In this document: in pieces, positions 31,163 through 40,511 of the stretch
How the letters are laid out: each line of letters starts with the position of its first letter
Numbering within the stretch: position 1 is the stretch's first letter
Assembly: GCA_023256615.1 (NCBI GenBank)
Contig: JAGDXO010000020.1
Location: 3,587-64,456 of the forward strand
Source: Thermoplasmata archaeon
GTDB lineage: Archaea > Thermoplasmatota > Thermoplasmata > Thermoplasmatales > GCA-001856825
Length of the DNA: 60,870 nucleotides
Reading direction: 5' to 3'
Notes under the pieces: model-generated
Told to the model about the DNA's origin: nothing
The model's input: the letters and a program-made list of their open reading frames with translations, nothing else
Database searches by the model: none
Translations under genes and position numbers: made by a program

Positions 31163-31604
31163 TATTATATCCTTGTCTTAGTCCCTTACCCGCATTTGGT
31201 GTGAGGGCATCCCCCCCGAATTTTACTAACTTTACCAGATTTATTGCGTGCTTTGTAGCTCTGTCCTTCGCAAGCGAGAACAGCTTTTCCTCTTCTACTT
31301 CGTCCTCATGAATTGTAACATCCATTATGTGTTTATGATTCAAGATTTGGGCCTGTATTAAACCAATGCTGGTTGCAAGGTAACTGTATTTGTCTAACTT
31401 TGTTTTACCTACCCATCCCAGTGTAATCACGCCCTCACAACCCATATCAAATAATTTTACTGCACCTGCAGGCAGGTCTTTTATTCCAGGGACAGTATAC
31501 CTTACTATCTCTACATCTGGATCCTCCTTTCTTATCGAATCAATAGCGATCCTACCCATATCTACCCTAGAAAATGTTGTATCAACTACCCCGAGTTTTA
31601 CCAT
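31134..31604 (-). CDS. ribC: Archaeal (pentameric) riboflavin synthase
   Basis: [31 protein letters not shown]. Confidence 0.94.
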   Translation of the reverse strand: MVKLGVVDTTFSRVDMGRIAIDSIRKEDPDVEIVRYTVPGIKDLPAGAVKLFDMGCEGVITLGWVGKTKLDKYSYLATSIGLIQAQILNHKHIMDVTIHEDEVEEEKLFSLAKDRATKHAINLVKLVKFGGDALTPNAGKGLRQGYNNAGSILEEE

Positions 31605-32270
31605 TTACAGTAACCCCTTTATCAAGTCTTCTCCCTCTACAAATTTTAATTCCCTTACCTTTGCAAGCTTCTCGGCCTTTTCCCTTGAAAGACTCTTCCC
31701 ATTATCTAGCATTTCCGCAATGACCATAGATCTAGGCAGATTCAATTTGTCAGCCAATGCAGTCACCAGTTCTGTATGCCCTTTCCTGTTTTCAAGCCCT
31801 CTAGAGGCAAGAACCGGAACATGTCCTGGTGCATAGAAATTATTCAGGAAATAGTTCATCTTGTTTCCATCCTTCATTTCTATTAATTTGTGGAGTTCTC
31901 TTATTGTTTTGGCCCTGTCAATATCATTTATACCTGTACCAACACTTATGTGGTTCACCCATATTGTAAACGAAGGATAATCACCATAGGCTGGTCTTTT
32001 TATTAATTTTGAATAAACCGGATGATCTCTCCATTCATCAGTTAGAAACTTCAATCCTATTTCATTGGCCTCTTCACTTCCAGTAACATAACATATAAGG
32101 CCACCGGCATCCCTCCTGAGTATATTTATAGATTCCCATGTCACCGCACCGCCGTAAAAGACCATATCGGTCTCTTCTTCCCTCCCCTTGAAATCATACA
32201 TCACTATAGGTTTTCCATTCAATAGATCCATTTTAATATCCGAAAGTGATAACTGCATAAGTTCTCTCAT
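31605..32270 (-). CDS. ribB: 3,4-dihydroxy-2-butanone-4-phosphate synthase
   Basis: REEETD, DAGGLIC, TGINDIDR, PGHV, RKGHTE. Confidence 0.94.
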   Translation of the reverse strand: MRELMQLSLSDIKMDLLNGKPIVMYDFKGREEETDMVFYGGAVTWESINILRRDAGGLICYVTGSEEANEIGLKFLTDEWRDHPVYSKLIKRPAYGDYPSFTIWVNHISVGTGINDIDRAKTIRELHKLIEMKDGNKMNYFLNNFYAPGHVPVLASRGLENRKGHTELVTALADKLNLPRSMVIAEMLDNGKSLSREKAEKLAKVRELKFVEGEDLIKGLL

Positions 32271-32329
32271 ACTCCCTGATTGAAAGATGATATTTTAATG
32301 TTTTCTAATTATTTGGATTTACCAATAAT

Positions 32330-33277
32330 TTAGTAAAATACCATACCTATAAAAATCCCTAGCAACATGAATGACAGTAAAAATAAAAATTGCCAACCCT
32401 TATTTTTCAAGATCAAAATTCCTGTTATGAAAGAAAACACAGACGTTAGAATTATTGCAATCGATCCATTTCTATCTATTAGCCACCTTGTAAACAATAT
32501 TCCAATAATAGGATAGAATGTTGCAAAAAGAACTTCCTCTCCTATCAATGCCCCAATAGCCAAATTTATTTTCCCTTTGAAGGCCCAAATTACTGCGTTC
32601 ATAGTCTCCGGGAGTATCGTCCCTATTGGTATTAACAAAATTGAAACAACCTCGGCATCTATTCTGTAGGAAATAGAAATCGAATTAATGGTCTTGATAA
32701 GTAGGTCTGAACCAATCAATAGAATGATGAAGCCTATTGATAGCTTAATTAATGTAGAGAAAGTTTTTTCCCTCTTCTCACTTTCCTCTGAAATATTCGT
32801 TCCTTTCTTTCTATAATAAGAGAGAAGCAAGATATATATCAAGGCTAATAAAATTGAAGAGAATATTTTGGAAAATAAACCATGAAAATAAACTGGAATA
32901 AGCATTATAGGAAACACAATTGATAGAACAATAAAAGTTCTGGAAAAAACATTATCCAGTTTGATAGACTTAAAATTATTCCTCCCTATAATGTAAGATA
33001 GCGATAACAGAAAGAATCCTAAAGATGAAACCATAAATGGCTCTCCTATAATCGTACCAGATGCGATATCGGATCCCTGCCCACCCCCAACAATTACAAT
33101 CGATATTATTATTACCACCAATTCTGGTACAGAGGTGAAAAGAGGGCTGATGATTGCACCTGTAAAACTGTGTGCAAAGTTGAGAGAGTTTCCAATCTGT
33201 TCTACTGACTCGGTGAATAGCATTGAGGATATTATCAAAAGGACCAGTGATAGGATAAGATCCAGTATTATATACAC
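32330..33277 (-). CDS. Ca2+:cation antiporter (CaCA) family protein
   Basis: Two alpha repeats (TSVPEL, GTILPET); about 10 TM segments. Confidence 0.8.
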   Translation of the reverse strand: MYIILDLILSLVLLIISSMLFTESVEQIGNSLNFAHSFTGAIISPLFTSVPELVVIIISIVIVGGGQGSDIASGTIIGEPFMVSSLGFFLLSLSYIIGRNNFKSIKLDNVFSRTFIVLSIVFPIMLIPVYFHGLFSKIFSSILLALIYILLLSYYRKKGTNISEESEKREKTFSTLIKLSIGFIILLIGSDLLIKTINSISISYRIDAEVVSILLIPIGTILPETMNAVIWAFKGKINLAIGALIGEEVLFATFYPIIGILFTRWLIDRNGSIAIILTSVFSFITGILILKNKGWQFLFLLSFMLLGIFIGMVFY

Positions 33278-33346
33278 AACAAGTTATATTTCATTAGTAG
33301 AAAATATTTGGGGAATTGATTTTTAAGCAAGAACCAATATTGATAT

Positions 33347-34867
33347 GTGAATACATTTTCATCTATTTTAAGGGATGAACTAATAGAGCAAAGGGATTAT
33401 CAAATAAATATTGCTACAACCGCAATAAAAAAGAATACGTTAATAATAATTCCAACAGCTCTTGGAAAAACAATAATTACCATAATGGCTCTTTCAAAAA
33501 TTATAGAAGACGGAGGAAAAGCAATATTTCTGGCCCCAACAAAACCGCTGGTTAGACAGCATCTATTGAGCCTCAGGAAATTTCTAAAAATGAGAGAAGA
33601 TGATATAGTTGAAGTTACAGGTGAAACTAGGAAAGAGGATAGATTTGAAATATACCAAAATGGAAAGATAATAGTTTCAACTCCGCAGGTAATAGAGAAT
33701 GATCTTGATATGTTCTCTGAGATAAAAAAAGATATAAAGGTTGTAATCTTTGATGAAGCTCATAGGGCAGTTGGGGATTATTCCTATGTCACTATAGCTA
33801 AGTACTTTTCGCCTTATTCAAGGATAATTGCAACTACTGCATCTCCCGGTGGTGAGAAAGAAAGAATTGACGAGATAATTAAGAATCTTTCAATAGAAGC
33901 CCTCGAAATTAGGGATGAAAATTCTCCGGATGTTATGGAATATATAAAGGGAATTGAAATAAAATGGATTAGACTTGATATGCCGCCAGAATTAAAAGAC
34001 ATAGTATCTGACCTGAGGGAACTATATGACAGGATTATTAACAAAATTAAAAATTATTTCCCTGGTATTAGCGGCAGATCAAGAAAGGAAATCATATCTC
34101 TAAATGAGTTAATATCTCAGCAGATAAAACAGGGGAATAAGGTATACTATTCTGTGGCCAGACTCAGAAGTCAGGCTATTATTTTGGATTATCTTCTGGA
34201 ATTCATAGAAACCCAAGGAGTACTTCCCTTTATCAAATATATAGATGAGTTGAGGTCTGAGGAAAAGAATTCGCTTAAATTCATCAATGATTCTGAATTT
34301 TCTTTATTAAAGGAGAGGGCATTGAAATTGATGAATCAACCAATGCGGATTCATACTCCTAAGATGTATAAGATTTTAGAGATTCTTAAGGAGTTGGATT
34401 ATCAAAAATCGATAATTTTTTGTCACTTCAGAATAACTGCCTCGATCCTTGAAAATACTCTGAAGGAGAATGGTTTTTCATGCGAGAAATTTATTGGACA
34501 GAGTTCGAGGGGCGAGGAGCATGGAATGTCCCAGAGTGAGCAATCAAACATTATTGGGAAATTCAGGAGTGGGGAAATAAAAATATTAGTCGCAACGCAG
34601 GTGGGTGAGGAGGGTTTGGATATACCTGCTGCAGATCTTGTAATTTTTTATGAACCTGTACCCAGTGAGATCAGATCAATTCAAAGACGTGGAAGAACAG
34701 GGAGGTTCAGTAAGGGACTCGCCGTAATTCTTGTTATGAATGATTCCAGAGATGTCTCTTATCTCTATATTTCTGGGAAGAAGGAAAAAGCGATGAAAAA
34801 CATACTTAAGGATAAGAAATCTGGCGAATCGCAAACCACTTTTGATAAATTCGTTACTGATGATTGA
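33347..34867 (+). CDS. hef: Hef/FANCM-like SF2 helicase without ERCC4 nuclease domain
   Basis: RDYQ, PTALGKT, DEAH, TASPG, EEGLDIP, QRRGRTGR; C-terminal PIP-like QTTFDKF. Confidence 0.88.
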   Translation: MNTFSSILRDELIEQRDYQINIATTAIKKNTLIIIPTALGKTIITIMALSKIIEDGGKAIFLAPTKPLVRQHLLSLRKFLKMREDDIVEVTGETRKEDRFEIYQNGKIIVSTPQVIENDLDMFSEIKKDIKVVIFDEAHRAVGDYSYVTIAKYFSPYSRIIATTASPGGEKERIDEIIKNLSIEALEIRDENSPDVMEYIKGIEIKWIRLDMPPELKDIVSDLRELYDRIINKIKNYFPGISGRSRKEIISLNELISQQIKQGNKVYYSVARLRSQAIILDYLLEFIETQGVLPFIKYIDELRSEEKNSLKFINDSEFSLLKERALKLMNQPMRIHTPKMYKILEILKELDYQKSIIFCHFRITASILENTLKENGFSCEKFIGQSSRGEEHGMSQSEQSNIIGKFRSGEIKILVATQVGEEGLDIPAADLVIFYEPVPSEIRSIQRRGRTGRFSKGLAVILVMNDSRDVSYLYISGKKEKAMKNILKDKKSGESQTTFDKFVTDD

Positions 34868-37145
34868 ATAACTTCCTTGTTGAATTATATATATTCATCA
34901 GTCCAGTAAAGGAAGTAATGAAACTCTTTCCTTCTACTCCACTTATAATCGCCCTTCCAAGTTCATAATAAAATGCACTGTTAAGAGCGAGAAGTTCCTT
35001 TTCAGAAATATTGTAATCTATTTCTTTCCTCAAATATCTTATGACTATCTTGAGAGCGTTTATATCTGAAAGTTTAGAATCTATATGGAGAATGTCTTCC
35101 CTGTATATTTTTCCATTTAGAAGCATTTCATAAAGATTAAGACGGATGCCATCCTCAAGTAATATTGCCTTGTTACCTGAGGATTCTATATCCTTGAACG
35201 ATTTCGTAACAAATTTTTTTGCATTTTCTATATCGCCTTGATAAAATGCCAGCTCAGATTCCCAGTACGAATATTCCTCTGAATATTTGTCTCCATACAT
35301 TCTTGCAGTTTCTACTTCAAGGGTTGGATCCTGCCCAATGATAATTTTCAAGATTGCAAGCTTGAATAAAAATGAAGAAATTTCATAATTATTCAATTTC
35401 TCCAAAGAATAATTTATACCTCTCATCAAATATTCCATAGCCTCAGATATTTCACCTCTTTTAAGGTATATATCTGCAATGCTGTAATAGGCATTAGATA
35501 GGGCTATACTATCCCTGTTAAACCTTGGAACTGATTCAATCTCTTTAAGCAGTTTAAATGAAAGATCCTCGTCACCCATCTCCATTGCAAGAGGTATCAT
35601 ATTTGCAGTAGTTATCGAATACCCCGAATAATCCTTTATTTCAAGCGCGTATTTCCTTGATTCGTCGAAATATTTTAGACCTTCAGTTATTTTTAAATCA
35701 TGGGAATATAATATCCCTATGTTATTTACGGCCTTAGCCATTAATCCAAAATCTTCTATCTCTTTTGCGATATCAAAACTTTTCTTATAATGAGAAAGTG
35801 CAGATTTCAAATCCTTTCTCATCAAGCATAGATTACCTCTTAATCTTTCATATTCACACTGCACTTTTTTCCCCTTTCCAAGATTTTCCTCTGCTTTCTG
35901 TAGCAGATAATCTACATGAGCCTCATCCCCTTCATTGATTGATATTGCAGATAGATCCAGATATAAATTCCCAAGGCTTTCTTTAGTCATTCTGTTTGAA
36001 TAATTTTCTATTATTTTTGTAGCTTTTTCAAAACCATTTCTATAAAAAATTATTTTTATATATTCTGCAATATCATCCGGATTTTTTTCAAAATAATCTG
36101 TCTGTATCAGGGCATCGAAAATCTTTAGGGCCCTTCTTGTATTTCCAACGTAATTTAAAGATACTGCATAAACATAATTATCCCTATCTGTAAGCTCCGA
36201 TATTTTCATAAGTGTTTCCATTGTGTTGATTATATCAAGGTAATCCTTCTTCCTGAAGAGATCATTAATAACAAATCTGAGGGAAGAGGCACTCTCGTTC
36301 CATACCCCAGCTTTATAATAGAGTATGCCCGACAGTATCTTGTTTTTTAACTTGGAATCAGCTTCTCTTGAATAAGAAATCATAAGATTTTTTCCTTTGT
36401 CTGTCAATCTTTTACCAAACACAGCCAATATTTCAGCATCTATGGGAGTTAGGTTGTATGTATCTTCCTTAAAAATTCCTCTTTTAACAAGATCGTACAT
36501 CCTCTTGTATGCTGCAGGATAATTGCCCTTTATAAATGAAGATGGAATTATATATAAAAATTCCCTTGTTTCCTCAATAGTTTCCACTTCTTCTTCTGTT
36601 AGATTGTTAAGAATATCATCTCTTTCCACGATATCCCTTGGAATGACGTTGAACTTAACGTCTCCCTTGTTTCCTGAAATGCTATGGATAAAGGAAATCG
36701 GGTAGAAATTCTCTCCTTGTTTACCATAATATTCTATCTCAAAACCAAGATTTACAATTTCAACTATTGATTTAGAATTCTTGAGAATCCCCTCGACTGT
36801 CGAAGATGCAAGAACATGATGACCTCCCTGTGTACCATAGATTCTGAGGACTTTGAGGGACTCACTGTCTATAAATTGGATATCTTGTATGTAAATGGTC
36901 TTGAATTCTGAGCTAAGCTTATCTGCTATATTTTCAGGACTTATGTTATCTTCCATATACTTCAGATTATACAGAAAAGAGTTAAAGCAGGAAAGAGGTA
37001 TAGTCTGCAATTCATTGTTTAGTGATATATAAAGTGACTTTTTTTTATTAGATTCGTAGTTTTTTCTTAATATTTTATTTCGTATGGTGTCATCGGAAAT
37101 AAATAGCACTGATTTATTTTGGGTAAATTCCTGCTCTTGAATCAT
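34854..37145 (-). CDS. TPR-repeat protein with degenerate N-terminal STAND-like domain
   Basis: TPR motifs (AKAVNNIGILY, NAYYSIADIY..GE...A); Walker-B-like IYIQDIQFIDSES. Confidence 0.7.
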   Translation of the reverse strand: MIQEQEFTQNKSVLFISDDTIRNKILRKNYESNKKKSLYISLNNELQTIPLSCFNSFLYNLKYMEDNISPENIADKLSSEFKTIYIQDIQFIDSESLKVLRIYGTQGGHHVLASSTVEGILKNSKSIVEIVNLGFEIEYYGKQGENFYPISFIHSISGNKGDVKFNVIPRDIVERDDILNNLTEEEVETIEETREFLYIIPSSFIKGNYPAAYKRMYDLVKRGIFKEDTYNLTPIDAEILAVFGKRLTDKGKNLMISYSREADSKLKNKILSGILYYKAGVWNESASSLRFVINDLFRKKDYLDIINTMETLMKISELTDRDNYVYAVSLNYVGNTRRALKIFDALIQTDYFEKNPDDIAEYIKIIFYRNGFEKATKIIENYSNRMTKESLGNLYLDLSAISINEGDEAHVDYLLQKAEENLGKGKKVQCEYERLRGNLCLMRKDLKSALSHYKKSFDIAKEIEDFGLMAKAVNNIGILYSHDLKITEGLKYFDESRKYALEIKDYSGYSITTANMIPLAMEMGDEDLSFKLLKEIESVPRFNRDSIALSNAYYSIADIYLKRGEISEAMEYLMRGINYSLEKLNNYEISSFLFKLAILKIIIGQDPTLEVETARMYGDKYSEEYSYWESELAFYQGDIENAKKFVTKSFKDIESSGNKAILLEDGIRLNLYEMLLNGKIYREDILHIDSKLSDINALKIVIRYLRKEIDYNISEKELLALNSAFYYELGRAIISGVEGKSFITSFTGLMNIYNSTRKLFNHQ

Positions 37146-37254
37146 TATTCATATATCACTCCCAATACTTAAAATATTTCCTTTTATCCCCAATAAAAAA
37201 AATAAATTTTAATCAATTTAATTTTACATAATTTACATTTACGATGACGTAATT

Positions 37255-38025
37255 TTGAAAAGAATGATAAAAAAAGAGAATGAATATAAAATGATTGAAA
37301 AAATACTTGATATTATTATGGATGGGAAGATGATAACAAAGCTTTTCCTAGATTACGATGGGACACTGGTTCCTCTGGTCAGTTCTCCTGAACTTGCCAA
37401 GGCAGATGATTATCTTATAACATTACTCGATAGGTTGAAAAAAATATTTCCTTTATATATTATTACAGGAAGAGACCTTAATGATCTATTAGGCTTACTT
37501 GGGGGAGGCTACAATGTAATAGCCATGCATGGAGCTGAATTTGTGGATGAGAACGGAAGCATAAAAAATATTGAAAATTTTGATTATTATGTTAAAAAGT
37601 CATCGATGATTGCACAAAAATATTCATTTTTATCGGAAAAATTCCCCGGCGTGAGAGTTTATGACAAGAGAGGTGGGGTGCAATTCCATTATTTCAATAT
37701 TAGGAGGGACTTGATTGAGAGTTTCCAGGAATACATGAAAAAATTGAATGAAGAAGATTTTGAATTATATAGCGGGAAATATGTTTTTGAATTCAGGATC
37801 AAGGGCGTGAATAAGGGAAAAGCGATCCTGGAACGGATAGACAAGGATGACTATATACTATTTGCAGGGGATGATAACACCGACGAGGAGGCATTTGCTT
37901 TATTAAATGACCATATCACGATAAAAGTGGGAGACGGTGTTACAAAGGCAAAGTACAGGTTGACTTCCTATATTGAATTTAGGGAACTCCTTAAATTTAT
38001 TGCAGATAAATACGGAGGTAAGTGA
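37255..38025 (+). CDS. otsB: Trehalose-6-phosphate phosphatase (HAD IIB)
   Basis: FLDYDGTL, ITGR, HGAE, NKGKA, GDDNTDE; true start may be a later Met. Confidence 0.9.
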   Translation: MKRMIKKENEYKMIEKILDIIMDGKMITKLFLDYDGTLVPLVSSPELAKADDYLITLLDRLKKIFPLYIITGRDLNDLLGLLGGGYNVIAMHGAEFVDENGSIKNIENFDYYVKKSSMIAQKYSFLSEKFPGVRVYDKRGGVQFHYFNIRRDLIESFQEYMKKLNEEDFELYSGKYVFEFRIKGVNKGKAILERIDKDDYILFAGDDNTDEEAFALLNDHITIKVGDGVTKAKYRLTSYIEFRELLKFIADKYGGK

Positions 38026-38028
38026 CTG

Positions 38029-38706
38029 ATGAAATTTTCCTCAATTGAAGAAATGAATAATCAGATGATTAATTGTAAATTGTGCCCGAGAATTGTAAAA
38101 TTTAGAGAGGAAGTAGCCAGAAGACCTGGAAGATTTTATGGAGAAGATTTCTGGAGTAAACCTGTCCCGGGATTCGGTTCTCCTGATGCGAAATTACTTA
38201 TCCTGGGCCTAGCCCCTGCAGCGACCGGAGGTAACAGAACAGGAAGAATATTTACAGGTGACAGAACGGCTTCATTTCTAATTTCTTCTTTGTATGCTGT
38301 CGGGTTGAGTAATAAACAGGATTCTGTATCAAAGAATGATGGTTTGGTTATAGAAGATACTTATTTAACTGCAGCCTTAAAATGTGTACCCCCAGGAGAT
38401 AAACCAAAAAGAGAGGAACTACTTAATTGTTCCAGATATCTATATTTCGAACTCGATAACTTAAAAAATTTGCTTGCAGTTTTGGTTCTTGGCAAAATTG
38501 CTTTTGATTCTTATATAGGTTATCTCAAATATAAGGGCTACAACACGAGGGATATAAAATTCGGTAATGGATTATTTTATGACATAGGAGGAATAAGATT
38601 GTTTTGTTCCTATCATCCAAGCCCCAGGAATGTAAATACCGGAGTACTAAAAAGAGAAGAATTCATAAAAAATTTAAATGAAATAAAAGTTTATATCAAC
38701 CGCTAA
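38029..38706 (+). CDS. Uracil-DNA glycosylase family 5 (Fe-S)
   Basis: CKLCPR, GLAPA..GGNRTGRIFTGD, KCVPP, YHPSPRN. Confidence 0.9.
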   Translation: MKFSSIEEMNNQMINCKLCPRIVKFREEVARRPGRFYGEDFWSKPVPGFGSPDAKLLILGLAPAATGGNRTGRIFTGDRTASFLISSLYAVGLSNKQDSVSKNDGLVIEDTYLTAALKCVPPGDKPKREELLNCSRYLYFELDNLKNLLAVLVLGKIAFDSYIGYLKYKGYNTRDIKFGNGLFYDIGGIRLFCSYHPSPRNVNTGVLKREEFIKNLNEIKVYINR

Positions 38707-40417
38707 CCAGTTTCTTCAATATTTCTGTATCTTCTTTCTTATTTGCTGTTAACCACATTGGTTCTTCTTCAGCTATCATCTCAAATTCTTTCAGTGTATT
38801 TCTCCTGAAAATGTGAATTTTAACTTTCTCATCAGGCTTAATTTCCTTTAAATCTTCTATCTTCACCTGTTTCATTTCCTTTGAAAAATCCCTCATGAAA
38901 AATTCTGAAAAACGTTCATTATTAACTGCAACTATTTCATCGCCTGCTAATATACCAGATTTGAAAGCTGGAGAATCTTCGAGAACATACCTGATCATAA
39001 TCTTTCCATTACTATTCTGAAGCACCATTCCTGTAAATCCTCTTGGAATATTCCTACCATCGGTATAGGAAAAATGAATCTCATAACCGAGTTCTTTCAA
39101 TTGATCGCAGAATTTTTCATTTTCTGTCTTGTTAACAAGCCTTTCAAGAATCTTAGATACTCTGGGCGAGGATATGTCTGAGACCTTTTTCAGAAGCTCT
39201 GAAAAACTAATTCCTTTACCGTCACCCTTGAAATCATTATACAGCGATTTGAAAACGTCGTCCAGGCTTTTATTGAAACCTGTATCCTTTATAATCTCAT
39301 TGTTTATTGCGAATGCAATAAGTTCTCCTTTCAAATAATAAGATATATAATTATTTATAAGGTCTCCGTCAGGCTTGTAAAGTTTTATCCATGTATTGAA
39401 AGATGATGATGAAGCAGATCTTTTTTTATGACCAGGCTGGAAATTGTAATAGTTTATCATCTCAATTATATGGTCCACGTATTCTTTCTCGGTAACAATT
39501 CCCGCCCTTAGAAGTACGAGCCATTCATAATAAGACGTAAACCCTTCACTAAACCATAAAAGGTCTGTATAAACTTCCTTGGTATAATCAAAAGGACCCA
39601 GTTCTTTCGGCCTGATCCTTTTAACATTCCATGTGTGGAAAAATTCGTGCGAAACTGTTGACAGGAAAAGCTTGTATTCAAATTCATTGAAAAGCCTGTG
39701 TTCATTAGAGATTATTAATGTGGAGTTCTTGTGTTCCAGTCCACCTCCAAGGTCGTCAGTTACAAGAACAATCATAAAAATGTATTTTTTGTAAGGTAAT
39801 TCCCCAAATATTTTCTCTTCTTCTATTACTATTTTTCTGAAATCATCCAATACATTTTCTTCAGGCTTGAGCATTTTTCCATAATAGGATATAAAATGTT
39901 CTTTCCCTGAGACTTTGAATTTCAAAACTTTTATATTGCCATACATAAAAGGTGAGTCAGCTAAAGTGTCATAATTTTCAGCAACGAATTCCTCGCCTTC
40001 CATTGGGAGCCCGCTTATAGGTTCACCTTTTGCCTTATTTGAGAAAATTACACGATATTCCTCTTCCTTCCGACCTTCCACATAAAAAAATACAGAACTT
40101 CCATTTATGATAACAAGTGAATCGTCAGCATAGGATGTCTGGACAGAGAGTTCATCACAGTATACTTCATATCCAACTTTTACTACATCGTCTTCAGATG
40201 AAATTTCCCAGGATGCCTTATCGAGCTGAGTTATTCTACCATTGAGAGCATATATATTAGAGATGTGTCTTGAAAAATCCCTTACAAGATATGAACCTGG
40301 TGCCCATACCGGCATCGATATTTTCTCCTTTATTCCCTTTTTCAAGGGAATTGACATTTCCACCTTCAGCATTCTTGTAGAAGAACCCGAAAGATCGACG
40401 TTGAATTTTATTGCCAT
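38696..40417 (-). CDS. M61 (glycyl aminopeptidase) metallopeptidase with PDZ domain
   Basis: MPVWAPGSY, GGGLEH, HEFFH.WN.KR, WFSEGFTSYY, SYY.KG, SPAFKSG. Confidence 0.92.
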   Translation of the reverse strand: MAIKFNVDLSGSSTRMLKVEMSIPLKKGIKEKISMPVWAPGSYLVRDFSRHISNIYALNGRITQLDKASWEISSEDDVVKVGYEVYCDELSVQTSYADDSLVIINGSSVFFYVEGRKEEEYRVIFSNKAKGEPISGLPMEGEEFVAENYDTLADSPFMYGNIKVLKFKVSGKEHFISYYGKMLKPEENVLDDFRKIVIEEEKIFGELPYKKYIFMIVLVTDDLGGGLEHKNSTLIISNEHRLFNEFEYKLFLSTVSHEFFHTWNVKRIRPKELGPFDYTKEVYTDLLWFSEGFTSYYEWLVLLRAGIVTEKEYVDHIIEMINYYNFQPGHKKRSASSSSFNTWIKLYKPDGDLINNYISYYLKGELIAFAINNEIIKDTGFNKSLDDVFKSLYNDFKGDGKGISFSELLKKVSDISSPRVSKILERLVNKTENEKFCDQLKELGYEIHFSYTDGRNIPRGFTGMVLQNSNGKIMIRYVLEDSPAFKSGILAGDEIVAVNNERFSEFFMRDFSKEMKQVKIEDLKEIKPDEKVKIHIFRRNTLKEFEMIAEEEPMWLTANKKEDTEILKKLVSG

Positions 40418-40511
40418 GTGATCCTTAATTTACCGAATGATAAAACGGTTTTGTACATAATTTGTATATAATTTTGAAAAATGGTATTTACTCTCATCTA
40501 CATCAATAACC

